64,000 nt of DNA from contig OZ024742.1 of NCBI GenBank assembly GCA_964016885.1, positions 71,486,001-71,550,000 on the forward strand, in the 5' to 3' direction. The notes below the pieces were generated by a model. It was not told the DNA's origin. It made no database searches and was given only the letters and a program-made list of their open reading frames with translations. Origin of the DNA: Eledone cirrhosa (lineage: Eukaryota). This document shows, in pieces, positions 25,991 through 40,400 of the stretch. Within the stretch, counting starts at the first letter, position 1. Each line of letters opens with the position of its first letter. The position numbers and the translations under genes were made by a program.

Positions 25991-28900
25991 TAGTCACACA
26001 TGTAACTGTAACACTATAGTCACACATGGTAACTGTAACACTATAGTCACACATGGTAACTGTAACACTATAGTCACACATGGTAACTGTAACACTATAG
26101 TCACACATGGTAACTGAAACACTACAGTCACATATGGTAACTGTAACACTACAGTCACACATGGTAACTGTAACACTATAGTCACACATGGTAACTGTAA
26201 CACTATAGTCACACATGGTAACTGTAACACTATAGTCACACATGGTAACTGAAACACTACAGTCACATATGGTAACTGTAACACTATAGTCACACATGGT
26301 AACTGTAACACTATAGTCACACATGGTAACTGAAACACTACAGTCACACATGGTAACTGAAACACTACAGTCACATATGGTAACTGTAACACTACAGTCA
26401 CATATGGTAACTGAAACACTATAGTCACACATGGTAACTGAAACACTACAGTCACATATGGTAACTGTAACACTACAGTCACATATGGTAACTGTAACAC
26501 TATAGTCACACATGGTAACTGAAACACTACAGTCACATATGGTAACTGTAACACTACAGTCACACATGGTAACTGAAACACTACAGTCACATATGGTAAC
26601 TGAAACACTATAGTCACACATGGTAACTGAAACACTACAGTCACATATGGTAACTGTAACACTACAGTCACACATGGTAACTGAAACACTACAGTCACAT
26701 ATGGTAACTGTAACACTACAGTCACATATGGTAACTGTAACACTACAGTCACACATGGTAACTGTAACACTATAGTCACACATGGTAACTGAAACACTAC
26801 AGTCACATATGGTAACTGTAACACTACAGTCACACATAGTAACTAACACTAGTCACACATGGTAACTGAAACACTAGTCACATATGGTAACTGTAACACT
26901 ACAGTCACACATAGTAACTGTAACACTACAGTCATACATAGTAACTGTAACACTACAGTCACACATAGTAACTGTAACACTAGTCACACATAGTAACTGT
27001 AACACTACAGTCACACATGGTAACTGTAACACTACAGTCACACATAGTAACTGTAACACTCTACAGTCACACATGGTAACTGTAACACTAGTCACACATA
27101 GTAACTGAAACACTAGTCACATATGGTAACTGTAACACTCTACAGTCACACATGGTAACTGTAACACTACAGTCACATGGTAACTGTAACACTCTACAGT
27201 CACACATGGTAACTGTAACACTAGTCACACATGGTAACTGAAACGCTAGTCACATATGGTAACTGTAACACTACAGTCACACATAGTAACTGTAACACTA
27301 CAGTGACACATAGTAACTGTAACACTACAGTCATACATAGTAACTGTAACACTACAGTCACACATAGTAACTGTAACACTCTACAGTCACACATGGTAAC
27401 TGTAACACTAGTCACACATGGTAACTGAAACACTAGTCACATATGGTAACTGTAACACTCTACAGTCACACATGGTAACTGTAACACTACAGTCACACAT
27501 GGTAACTGTAACACTAGTCACACATGGTAACTGTAACACTACAGTCACACATGGTAACTGTAACACTACAGTCACACATGGTAACTGTAACACTACAGTC
27601 ACACATGGTAACTGTAACACTAGTCACACATAGTAACTAACACTAGTCACACATAGTAACTGTAACACTACAGTCATACATAGTAACTGTAACACTACAG
27701 TCACACATGGTAACTGTAACACTACAGTCACACATGGTAACTGTAACACTACAGTCACACATGGAAACTGTAACACTAGTCACACATGGTAACTGTAACA
27801 CTAGTCACACATAGTAACTGTAACACTACAGTCACATATGGTAACTGTAACACTACAGTCACACATGGTAACTGTAACACTACAGTCACACATAGTAACT
27901 GTAACACTAGTCACACATAGTAACTGTAACACTACAGTCACATATGGTAACTGTAACACTACAGTCACACATGGTAACTGTAACACTACAGTCACACATA
28001 GTAACTGTAACACTACAGTCACACATAGTAACTGTAAAACTACAGTCACACATAGTAACTGTAACACTCTACAGTCACACATGGCAACTGTAACACTACA
28101 GTTACACATGGTAACCGTAACGCTAGTCACACATGGTAACTGTAACATTAGTCACACATAGTAACTGTAACACTAGTCACACATAGTAACTGTAACACTA
28201 CAGTCACACATAGTAACTGTAACACTAGTCACATGGTAACTGTAACACTACAGTCACACATGGTAACTGTAACACTACAGTCACACATAGTGACTAACAC
28301 TACAGTCACACATGGTAACCGTAACACTACAGTCACACATAGTAACTGTAACACTAGTCACATGGTAACCGTAACACTACAGTCACACATAGTAACTGTA
28401 ACACTACAGTCACACATAGTGACTAACACTACAGTCACACATGGTAACCGTAACACTACAGTCACAGATAGTAACTGTAACACTACAGTCACACAGTAAC
28501 TGTAACACTACAGTCACACATAGTAACTGTAACACTACAGTCACACATAGTAACTGTAACACTAGTCACACATAGTAACTGTAACACTAGTCACACATGG
28601 TAACTGTAACACTACAGTCACACATGGTAACTGTAACACTACAGTCACACATAGTAACTGTAACACTAGTCACACATGGTAACTGTAACACTAGTCACAC
28701 ATGGTAACTGTAACACTACAGTCACACATAGTAACTGTAACACTACAGTCACACATGGTAACTGTAACACTACAGTCACACATAGTAACTGTAACACTAC
28801 AGTCACACATGGTAACTGTAACACTAGTCACACATGGTAACTATAACACTACATTCACACATAGTAACTGTAACACTACAGTCACACATGGTAACTGTAA

Positions 28901-31225
28901 CACTACAGTCACACATGTAACTGTAACACTACAGTTACACATAGTAACTGTAACACTACAGTCACACATGTAACTGTAACACTACAGTCACACATAGTAA
29001 CTGTAACACTACAGTCACACATAGTAACTGTAACACTACAGTTACACATAGTAACTGTAACACTACAGTCACACATAGTAACTGTAACACTACAGTCACA
29101 CATAGTAACTGTAACACTACAGTCACACATGGTAACTGTAACACTAGTCACACATAGTAACTGTAACACTAGTCACACATAGTAACTGTAACACTACAGT
29201 CACACATAGTAACTGTAACACTACAGTCACACATAGTAACTGTAACACTACAGTCACACATAGTAACTGTAACACTACAGTCACACATGGTAACTGTAAC
29301 ACTAGTCACACATAGTAACTGTAACACTACAGTCACACATGGTAACTGTAACACTAGTCACACATAGTAACTGTAACACTACAGTCACACATGGTAACTG
29401 CAACACTACAGTCACACATGGTAACTGTAACACTAGTCACACATGGTAACTGTAACACTCTACAGTCACAGATAGTAACTGTAACACTACAGTCACACAT
29501 AGTAACTGTAACACTCTACAGTCACACATAGTAACTGTAACACTCTACAGTCACACATAGTAACTGTAACACTCTACAGTCACACATAGTAACTGTAACA
29601 CTCTAGTCACACATGGTAACTGTAACACTAGTCACACATAGTAACTGTAACAGTACAGTCACACATGGTAACTGTAACAGTAGTCACACATAGTAACCGT
29701 AACACTACCGTCACACGTAGTAACTGTAACACTAGTCACACATAGTAACTGTAACACTACAGTCACACATGGTAACTGTAACACTAGTCACACATGGTAA
29801 CTGTAACACTAGTCACACATGGTAACTGTAACACTAGTCACACATGGTAACTGTAACACTCTAGTCACACATGGTAATTGTAACACTCTAGTCACACATA
29901 GTAACTGTAACACTACAGTCACACATAGTAACTGTAACACTACAGTCACACATAGTAACTGTAACACTACAGTCACACATGGTAACTGTAACACTAGTCA
30001 CACATAGTAACTGTAACACTCTACAGTCACATATAGTAACTGTAACACTACAGTCACACATGGTAACTGTAACACTACAGTCACACATGGTAACTGTAAC
30101 ACTAGTCACACATGGTAACTGTAACACTCTACAGTCACACATGGTAACTGTAACACTACAGTCACACATAGTAACTGTAACACTACAGTCACACATGGTA
30201 ACTGCAACACTCTAGTCACACATAGTAACTGTAACACTCTAGTCACACATGGTAACTGTAACACTAGTCACACATAGTAACTGTAACACTAGTCACACAT
30301 GGTAACTGTAACACTACAGTCACACATGGTAACTGCAACACTCTACAGTCACACATGGTAACTGTAACTCTACAGTCACACATAGTAACTGTAACACTAC
30401 AGTCACACATAGTAACTGTAACACTACAGTCACACATAGTAACTGTAACACTACAGTCATACATAGTAACTGTAACACTACAGTCACACATGGTAACTGT
30501 AACACTACAGTCACACATAGTAACTGTAACACTCTACAGTCACACATGGTAACTGTAACACTACAGTCACACATAGTAACTGTAACACTACAGTCAGACA
30601 TGGTAACTGTAACACTACAGTCACACAGTAACTGTAACACTCTACAGTCACACATGGTAACTGTAACACTCTAGTCACACATGGTAACTGCAACACTCTA
30701 GTCACACATAGTAACTGTAACACTCTAGTCACACATGGTAACTGTAACTCTACAGTCACACATAGTAACTGTAACACTACAGTCACACATAGTAACTGTA
30801 ACACTACAGTCACACATGGTAACTGTAACACTACAGTCACACATAGTAACTGTAACACTCTACAGTCACACATGGTAACTGTAACACTACAGTCACACAT
30901 AGTAACTGTAACACTACAGTCATACATAGTAACTGTAACACTACAGTCACACATGGTAACTGTAACACTACAGTCACACATAGTAACTGTAACACTCTAT
31001 AGTCACACATGGTAACTGCAACACTCTAGTCACACATAGTAACTGTAACACTACAGTCATACATAGTAACTGTAACACTACAGTCACACATGGTAACTGC
31101 AACACTCTAGTCACACATGGTAACTGTAACACTCTACAGTCACACATGGTAACTGCCACATAGTTTAGTCACACATTGTAATTGCCACACAGTTTAGTCA
31201 CATGTGGTGACTGTAACACTCTACA
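25991..31225. repeat. 27-bp minisatellite (GTAACTGTAACACTACAGTCACACAT[G/A]) with 25- and 29-bp variants, about 190 units
   Basis: Directly visible. It produces 9-aa periodic ORFs on both strands. Confidence 0.98.
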
Positions 31226-31254
31226 TTCATACATGAGTTTATTACTGTACTTGT

Positions 31255-31420
31255 TCTGGTGTTCTACATTTGCAGTTAAAAAATCACTATGGTCTACTGT
31301 GCTTTACATCCTTCAGTGGTCAATAAAATAAAGTACCAGTTTTGTACTGGAGTTGATGTTATTGTCTCATCCATCCCTCTCGTCAAATTACTGGCCTTGT
31401 TCCTAAATTAGAAACTAGTA
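31255..31420 (+). mobile_element. Decayed SINE family B
   Basis: CATCCTTCAGTGGTCAATAAAATAAAGTACCAG..AAATTACTGGCCTTGTTCCTAAATTAGAAAC. Confidence 0.6.
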
Positions 31421-32629
31421 CCACCATCGTTGCTGCTACTACTGCTGTTGCTGCTACTACTACTACTACTACTACATTCATGCATGCATGTAAAAAAATT
31501 GCTCTATCAATCTGTATAGTGCTTTAAAGTACTTGACTGTGTGTGTGTATGTATGCATTGACACTTGACTGGGCATGTGTGCGTGTAAATTAGAATGGCA
31601 TTGGTACTTGACTATGTATGTGTTGGTACTTGACTGTGTGTGTGAATATGCATGTGTATATATGTGTGATGTCTTTTTAAAAAAATGTTCATTCACATTT
31701 CTTTTTAATGTATACTTCAAGATGGAGTCTGCTCTCTTAGTTCTTGTTGATCCTACTTATTTACTGCTGCTGCTATTTCTTCTACACATTTATCTCACAC
31801 ACACATATATAATAGTTTGCTCTTTACCCCCCACTGACTCAAAAATCAATAACAACTAGCTTAACTAGCCTAAATACTGCCTACCTATTTTTCTACTAGA
31901 TCTTTTTCTCTTTTCATCTATTTAAACCCCACTCTTCCCATGTTCTTATCTCTCTCTCTCTCTCTCTCTCATCTTAGCCAGCAATGTGTATGATAATGTT
32001 AGACCTGTATATATACAGAAAAGATTTAACCGAGACTGCATAAATGTGAAATATGTTTGTGTGTGTATCGAACAATGAAAGCAAAAGAAAAGTCAAAGAT
32101 AGGTTCTTAATCAGTTCATTGTTTTACAATCGTTTCTGAGGGTTGATTGATCATAGTAGATCAATATAATAACTAGCAGGTAATGGTTATGTCACTACCT
32201 ATTTCTAGTGCCAAAATCCCTAGAAACAATGAGCTAGGATTTTATTTTTGTGATATATATATATAATGAGGCTGAAATGGGGCATTCGGAAACCCCATCT
32301 GGTGGTGGTGGTGGGGGGGGGGGGTTAAATAAATGGATGCATAAATTAAAGACCAAGAAATAGAAGTAAAAATATTATTAGAAAATGGTTAGAAGAAAAC
32401 TAAACAAAATAAAATAAAGTCTAAAAGAAAACAAAGTAAATAAAAAATAATAATAACAAACATAAAGAACAGTAAATAGTAAATTATTGTATGTACCCCT
32501 TTTAAAGTTATAAAAGTAGTAAGTGAAGATATTTCTACTGGTTGATTGGTTTCAGCCTTATCTTGTCATAAATGATCATAGAAGATTTTCTATGTTAAAT
32601 AGATAGATAGATAGACTCACACAAGCTTA

Positions 32630-33145
32630 TAGGGAGAAAGAGGCATAGAGACATCGGATGATAATTAAGATCTTCTTTGCCCACTTAATCCTAGAAGGGT
32701 TGTGGGAGCAGAGTCCTTAAATACTCCTCACAGTGAGTCCTGTCAGAAGCAACTGATCCGGTTGGATCCTCAAGCATAGCCAGCCAAGCTCATGCATGTT
32801 ATCCAATCATCTTGCTTGGGGTCTACCCCTGGTCTCCTACCTGTTGGTTTTGCTTGTAAAATCTGTCCAGCGATTCTTTCCGGAGATATTCTAACCGCAT
32901 ACCCATAGTATCGAAGCTTTGGAGAAATAGCAGCTCTACCGAGAGTGACTCTCTGATCTCTGAGCTCTGCACTCTATCAAGTAATGTTACTCCGAAGATC
33001 CTTCGGAAGAAACCCATTTCAGCCACATATATTTGCGATCATATTTTTTTGGTCATTACCCAAGACCATAGGTAAAGGTTGGCCCAAATACCGAATTGAA
33101 GATAGCGAATTTGGCTTTTACAACCACCTCCCTTCTGATTATTGA
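32630..33145 (-). mobile_element. Old RTE-like LINE 3' fragment (different family)
   Basis: AEMGFFRRIFGVTLLDRV..SEIRESLSVE, with upstream PTFTYG..WVM-like and downstream RP.GRP-like remnants. Confidence 0.75.
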
Positions 33146-33444
33146 ATGCTTACAAATTTATCTAAATTGTTGGTATTTAGCATTGATGGAATTATATATC
33201 TGCTGCAGATATGCCATAGATTTAGCAGTTGGGGCTGTATAGGTACACACATGAATCTGTATATACTCAGACATGTATATAGCACACACATACATACACA
33301 CATATATATAACCGCACATACGTGTAGACATATTCATACAACTGTACATATAATTATACAGATTCAGCCATACAAACATAAGTCTACATAGGTGCATCCA
33401 CATATATACATATCCACACACATATGCAGGCACGCATGTGTGTG

Positions 33445-33591
33445 TTAGAAAGAGTTAGAGCTCTTGCTGTTTCAACAGCTCGTTCCAGACCTGGTCTAGA
33501 ACTAGCTGTTGAAACGGCAAGAACTCAGTTGTTGGGCCCCCAACTCTTTCTAATATAGCCATATTCTACTATCCCAAGTATTGAGTACTCT
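33445..33591 (+). other. Short foldback element with external GTATTGAGTACTCT tail
   Basis: Near-perfect hairpin at 33458-33526 inside outer arms TTAGAAAGAGTT/AACTCTTTCTAA. Confidence 0.75.
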
Positions 33592-33789
33592 GTTGAGTAA
33601 TGGTCCAACTATTTAAAAATTGGTTCTATCCTGATATATATATATATATATATATTTGTCCATGTGCCTGAATGAAGGGCCAGTTTAAAAGTGCCTCCTC
33701 TGTTATAGACTGATGGCCATGACCGGACCCCAAACCAATGATAGCATATACTTGCTAAGTGTATAAAACTTTGCTTATACTATATATAC

Positions 33790-34140
33790 TTCATAGAATA
33801 AGGAGAAAAACTCAACACAAGAATAGCTTTTAAAACAGCAAAATGCAGTCAATGACGGCGTCTGGTAAAATTTACTGGCTGTAGTTTTGGATGATTTCTC
33901 AAGTTAAATCGTGTGAAATTAGAGTCGGTTTGAAAGCTGATGAGGTGAAATGATGTTTGTGTGATCTTGTCCTGTTATTTTCTTCCTTTGTTCCTTTCTT
34001 CCTATCAATTCTGCAGGTCAACACACTTCTAGCTGCTGATTTCTCTCCTTGAGGTAAATTGTACCTGACCCTGTCATTGACGGCATTTTGTTGTTTTAAC
34101 AGCTATTCTTGCATTGAATTTTTCTCATTATTCTATGAAT
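33790..34140. repeat. Inverted repeat with ~85-bp arms (MITE or inverted PLE terminus)
   Basis: CATAGAATAAGGAGAAAAACTCAACACAAGAATAGC..AAAATGCAGTCAATGAC pairs with GTCATTGACGGCATTTT..GCTATTCTTG..TTATTCTATG. Confidence 0.8.
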
Positions 34141-34188
34141 TCTAATATACTGCCGCTTCAACTCAATCTTTGAGAAAACTATGTTTAT

Positions 34189-34235
<47 letters not shown>

Positions 34236-34289
34236 TCATCATTATCACCGTTTTACGTCATTCTTCCACGCTATACACACACACGCACA

Positions 34290-34545
34290 TCATCATCTTC
34301 ATAATTTAACGTCCATTTTCCTTGCTTGCATGGGTTAGAGGGGTTGTCCTATTTGAGGCAAGTTGAAGTCAGATGACTATGTCTTGCTCATACAGAATCA
34401 ATTTTGATTTGATTTCTACAGCTGAATGAATGCCCTTCCTAATGCCAACCACATTTACAGTGAGTACTGGGTGCTTTTTGTCATGACACCTACCACTTTA
34501 CAGTGTAGGCTGGGTTTTTTGTTGTGACCTACACAACCACTTTAC
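34290..34545 (-). mobile_element. RTE-type 3' UTR fragment
   Basis: CATCATC..ACGTCC..TTGCATGGGTTAG..GCCCTTCCTAATGCCAACC. Confidence 0.7.
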
Positions 34546-34555
34546 TTTCATATAT

Positions 34556-34957
34556 GGGACGAGGTGATAAAAACTAACCTTGCTCACTTACACCTCTCTA
34601 AGACAATGTCGCATGATCGAGATCTTTGGCACCATGCAGTTGTACAGTCAGTAGGCACCTCTTAACCAATATACACCCCACCCCACACCCCTACCCCATC
34701 CTTCCATTTCCGTCTGTTGTGTCGGTGATACAACAAAAAGCACCCAGTCCACACTGTAAAGTGGTTGTGTAGGAGACACAGTAAAAAGGCCCCCAGTCCA
34801 CACTGTAAGTGTGGTTGGTGTTAGGAAGGGCATCCAGCCAGAGACACTTCCGTACGAGCGAGACACGGTCTCCTGACCAATCCTGCATCAAATGGAATAA
34901 AACCGTCTAACCCATGCTAGCATGGAAGATGGATGTTAAACAATGATGATGATGCTG
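34556..34957 (+). mobile_element. 5'-truncated RTE copy (ORF end plus 3' UTR)
   Basis: Encodes DEVIKTNLAHLHLSKTMSHDRDLWHHAV, followed by the 3' UTR and a (GAT)n tail. Confidence 0.85.
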
Positions 34958-35012
34958 ATATATATATATGTGTGTGTGTGTATGTGTGTATATACGCGTG
35001 TGTGTGTATGTG

Positions 35013-35249
35013 TCATCATCATTTCATTTTACGTCCGCTTTTTCCCTGCTTGCAAGGGTGGGACGGGAACTGATTCTGGCTTGATTTCTACAGCTGGATG
35101 CCGTTCCTAACACAAACCTCATTTACAGTGAGTGCTGGGTGCTTTTTTGCCGTGGCACCTCCACGACTACTTTGCAGTGGAATGATATGGACCCCAGTCC
35201 CTATCATCTCATTTCTGCAGCTGAGTAAACTGGAGCAATGTGAAATAAA

Positions 35250-35252
<3 letters not shown>
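35013..35252 (-). mobile_element. 5'-truncated family-A SINE with RTE-derived tail
   Basis: Nearly identical to 41222-41460. Confidence 0.85.
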
Positions 35253-35305
<53 letters not shown>

Positions 35306-35954
35306 ATATGTATGTGTATGTGTATATATATATATGTGTGTATGTGTGTGTGTGTGTGTATATGCATAATACTGTAACATCATGCCACACACTATCCTAC
35401 TCAATGCTAACTGCAGTTAATCAGTTGCAGAATACAGAATCAGTTTTGAGATTGCAAAATTGAACAAAATTCTTAGGGTAATCAACAAAAGTTTAATATG
35501 ATCAGCAGCTCATACAATAAAGACACCAAAATTATTGATATATCCCACATTAATTATGGTCATCAACAAAAATTAATACAGCTAACATTAAACAATCAAT
35601 AATCGGGTCAGTCAGTAAAATCACCAAAAAATATTGATACATACATGTACATATATGTGTGATTGTTTTCATCTTAGATTCATACATAACACTTAGCTGT
35701 AATTGTTCCACATGAATAAAAGTTCTTATCTGTTTGATGTGCAGAGATCAGTGTCTTATTTAATAGCCCTGTAAGAGGTCTTTCCTGGCATCAAGAAGGA
35801 CCTCTTGTAGCAGAATATTGTCTCAAAAGTCTCACCCAAATCATAACATGGAAAAAAGAAGACCCCCCCCCCAAAAAAAAAACCCCAAACAAACAAAACA
35901 ATCTGAAAACAAAGTTGATTAGGATGTCTTTACTGGCTACACAGGATTTCTAGC

Positions 35955-36385
35955 TATCTCTCCCACCCTCTGTCTTTCTCTCTCCCACCCTCTGTCTTTC
36001 TCTCTCCCACCCTCTGTCTTTCTCTCTCACACCCTCTGTCTTTCTCTCTCACACCCTCTGTCTTTCTCTCTCACACCCTCTGTCTTTCTCTCTCACACCC
36101 TCTGTCTTTCTATTTCCCACTCTCCGTCTTTCTATCTCCCACCCTCCGTCTTTCTCTCCCACCCTCCGTCTTTCTCTCCCACTCTCTGTCTTTCTCTCTC
36201 CCACCCTATGTCTTTCTCTCTCCCACCCTCTGTCTTTCTCTCCTACCCTCTGTCTTTCTGTCTTTCTCTCTCCCACCCTCCGTCTTTCTCTCTCCCATCC
36301 TTCGTCTTTCTCTCTCCGACTTCTCATCTTTCTTCCACCCCTTCATCTTTCTCTCTCTCATCCTTCGCCGTTCTCTCCCCCTCCC
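35955..36385. repeat. Pyrimidine-rich ~22-bp minisatellite
   Basis: CTCTGTCTTTCTCTCTCCCACC units. Confidence 0.9.
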
Positions 36386-36729
36386 TTATCTTTCTCATAT
36401 ACGCACACACTTGATGAAACATAACTCCCACTTGCTACTTATTCACACCCACATTAGTTTTGGGGCATATTTAATGTTATTTTCACTTGTAAATAGTCCT
36501 TCCTTTATGTCATCCACCTAGAACACGCATTTCCATGGTTATTGAGTTCTATTTCCACTATTCACTCTATTTCTTAGTCACTTCTTGCCACCATCTTTCC
36601 CTTATTGTTTTGTAAATGATCACTTTATTACTCTATCTCTCTGTCAATTAACACAATCAGATATACACACATATTTACAGGATGTTTCCTTTCTCTATAT
36701 CCACTGTTTTGTATAGAACCTTACTTCCC

Positions 36730-36784
<55 letters not shown>

Positions 36785-36791
<7 letters not shown>

Positions 36792-37492
36792 ATTATTGCT
36801 GTATTTATCATTTCACTAGCTTCCACAACACATTTAATTTTACCCTCATTTTCTTTTCCCATGCTGTCTCTCTACGAAGTCATCTACTCTCTTCCTCTCT
36901 CTTACACTATTATTAGTGTTGTTGTATTTATCATTTCGCTGTCTCTACGAAATCATCTACTCCTATCGGTTTATTTTGGCATGAGTGGCTATAGGCCATG
37001 ATGGCTACCCTCTCTCTCTCTCTCTCACTTTCTCTCTCTCTCTCTCTCGCTCTCTCTCTCTATCTGTCTCTCTCAGCCACCTATTACCTCCCTTTCCCTT
37101 TCATCCATTCATTCCTTACTCATCTTGAAGTTCTTGAAGAGATAAGACACACTTGACTCTGAAAGGCTAAAATGAATCACGAGAGCTGCTAAACCACGTT
37201 CCAACCATCCATCCATCCATCCATACAAATCTTCCCGGTATCCCTCTATTTCCCAATTACAAATGTTCCGCTCACACAATTATTGCTGTATTTATCATTT
37301 CACAGCTTCCTCAACACATTTAATTTTACCCTCATTTTCTTTTCCCATGCTGTCTCTCTTCGAAGTCATCTACTCTTTTCCTCCCTCTTACACCATTATT
37401 AGTGTTGTATTTATCATTTCGCTGTCTCTACGAAGTCCTCTACTCCTATCGGTTTATTTTGCCATAAGATGCTACAGGCCATGATGGCTACC
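36785..37492 (+). repeat. ~487-bp monomer, about 1.45 copies, at the 5' end of the decayed RTE
   Basis: 36791-37008 is repeated at 37278-37492, and the second copy runs directly into the RTE 5' UTR. Confidence 0.85.
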
Positions 37493-40400
37493 TACCTCAT
37501 AATTCCACCCGCCCACTCCCTCACACCACCATAGCCTATTCGACCAATCAAACTTCAGCATGTCCCCCCCCCACACACCCATTACCAACCCCAACAAACC
37601 CTGCTATTTCTACTACTACCTACCTCTCTCCTCACCCGTCCCAGCCCCAACACACCCTGCCATTATTACCACCACCACTGTTCTTCTAGCCCTGAATTTT
37701 CCTACCGTTATGTATGGATGAGCTGGGAATAAATGGAGCAATCCCGAATTAATAAATGAAAATAAATATGAATCCGCGAGCTACCAAGCACCCATGTGAA
37801 GCGTCAATTCAGAGACAGAAAGCACACGCACACCCCTGCAAAAGTCGACCCTTCTCCACGAATGTTGACAAATGCCCAAAACTCTGAGTTGGTACCATCA
37901 ATGTAAGCACAATGAAAGGAAGAGCAGGAGAAATTGTAGAGATGCTAGAGCGAAAGGAAATAAATGTATGCTGTGTGCAAGAGACTAGATGGGAGGAGAG
38001 TCTTCTAGAGTCCTTGTAGGCAAAAGGCAGTGCTACAAATTTTTCTGGATGACGATGCGAAGGGTGGTGTAGGTATCCTATTAGCTGACAAGTGGGTAGA
38101 TAAAGTAATCTCAGTGAACAGGGTGAATGCAAGAATCATTAAACTCAGACTAGTCCTGAATAAAACAATTACCACAATAATATCAGCTTACGCACCCCAA
38201 TCGGGGTTACCAGACGAACTTAAGGATAGGTTTTACGAGTCTCTAATGCACACTACTGCTCTAACAAACGACAATGACTTCCTAATTATTGCAGGAGATT
38301 TTAACGGACACGTAGGTAAACACTGTGACGGCTTCAATGGAGGCCATGGGGTTGGCACAAGAAATGAAGAAGGATTCAGGCTTCTAGGATTCTGTGACGC
38401 CAATGACATGTCGATATGTAACACAAACTTAAAAAAACCCGACAACCACCTGATCACCTATAGATCAGGGGAGCATTCTAGTCAGATAGATTTTATCCTC
38501 ATCAGAGGAAGTGACAGATGGAATGTACCTCCCAACATAGCTTAGTTGTCAACGACCTCACGGTCAGAACTAGATGAACCTGGAAACAGAGGCCAACCTG
38601 GAGAAGAAAGATCTGGAAGCTGAAAGACCCCTCAGCCAGTAACAGATTTAAAGATATTTTACTCAATGCCTACGACAGTAAAGAAGAACAGATAGAGACA
38701 TTCAATGTAGAAGAGCACTGGGAGTTCCTAAAAAATAACTTACTAGAGGCGACGGATGAGATCTGCGGCTGGAGTAAGACCACAGGCAGGAGGAGAGTGA
38801 CTTGTGGTGGAACAATAAGGTAGATGAGGTAGTTAAGGCCAAGAGACAGGCATGGAAAGAATGGAAGAACGGGGGAAGCAGGGTACATTACATAGACCAG
38901 GAGGGAAGCTAGGCGACAAGTATACTTAGCTAGGAGGGAAGCAGAGGATAAAAAATTCAAGCATGTTTTGCAACATGAGGACCAGAAACAGGAGGTGTTC
39001 AAGATTGCGAGGCAGTGTGTCAGAGAATGGTGATGTCATTGGAGAGGAGTCTATCCGGAATGATAAAGGTGAGCTTGCCCTCAGAAGTGCTGAGAAGAAA
39101 GATGCATGGAAGAACCATTATGATAGATTACTAAATGAGGAGAATGCATGCGCAGAAGAGACTCTACCCCAAGTAGACCCTATAGAGGGGCCAGCAGTAC
39201 AAGTCAGCAGCAGCGTAGTAAGGCAATCAAAGATATGAAGATGAGGAAGGCAACCGGTCCATCAGGTATAGCTGCCGAGATGCTGAAGGCATCTGGGTCG
39301 GTAGGTCACACTATAACCACACGTATTGTTAACCAGGTAATACTAGCAGGTGTCATACCAAAAGATTGGTGCAGTAGCATCATTGTCAACTGCTACAAAG
39401 GTAAAGGTGATGCACTAGATAGAGGAAACTATAGAGGTATAAAGCTGATGGACCAGGTCATGAAAGTAACAGAAAGAGTTATAGCACAGTTGATTAGGAA
39501 CCGAGTGAAACTAGATGAGATGCAGTTTGGGTTTGTACCAGGAAGAGGCACCACTGATGCCCTCTACTTTGTGAAGCAGTTACAGGAAAAGTACCTAGCT
39601 AAAAGTAAGCCACTCTACCTGGCATTCGTCGATCTCGAGAAAGCCTTTGTCAGAGTTCCTCGTGCTATAATCTGGTGGGCTCTTAGAAAACTAGGAGTAG
39701 ATGAATGGCTTGTGAAAGCTGTACAGCTTTCACAAGCCATGTATAGGGGAGCAGTCAGCAAAGTTAGGATTAGCAATGAGTATAGCGAGGAATTTAGCGT
39801 ACAGGTCGGTGTCCACCAGGGCTCTGTTCTTAGCCTTCTCCTGTTCATCATAGTCCTGCAGGCAATAACGGAGGAGTTTAAGACCGGATGGCCATGGGAA
39901 CTCCTGTATGCAGATGACCTCACACTTATAGCTGAATCTATGGTAGAACTAGAGAAGAAATTCCAAACTTGGAAGCAGGGACTAGAAAGAAAGGGTCTCA
40001 AAGTCAACCTGACAAAGACTAAGGTCCTTGTAAGTAGACGAGAAAACAGAACCCAGACCTCCTCAGGGAAATGGCCTTGCTCAGTATGTAGGAAAGGTGT
40101 AGGTAGGAACTCCATTCTCTGCCCCAAATGCAAACAATGGGTACACAAGAGATGTAGCAGGATCTCAGGAAGCTTAACTAAGAATGTAGGCTTCACATGT
40201 AGCAGCTGTGCTAGGACAGCAAGCAGCAAACAGCCACAGGAAACAAGTACCACCAATCTCTGGGACGGCTCTATAGAAACAGTAGACAGCTTCTGCTACC
40301 TAGGTGACCGAATTAGCAGCGGAAGTGGGTGTTCAGAAAGTACAATAACTAGGGTAAGAACGGGATGGAACTACTCCCACTGCTAGCTGCAAAAGGCTTT

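Noticed and set aside
25950-31159. Cys-rich 9-aa repeat ORFs resembling metallothionein or antifreeze proteins
   Set aside because: Satellite translations on both strands, broken by frequent 2-bp indels.
33936-33955. CTGATGAGGTGAAA as a hammerhead
   Set aside because: Only 3 nt separate the core halves and I found no stem I or III pairing.
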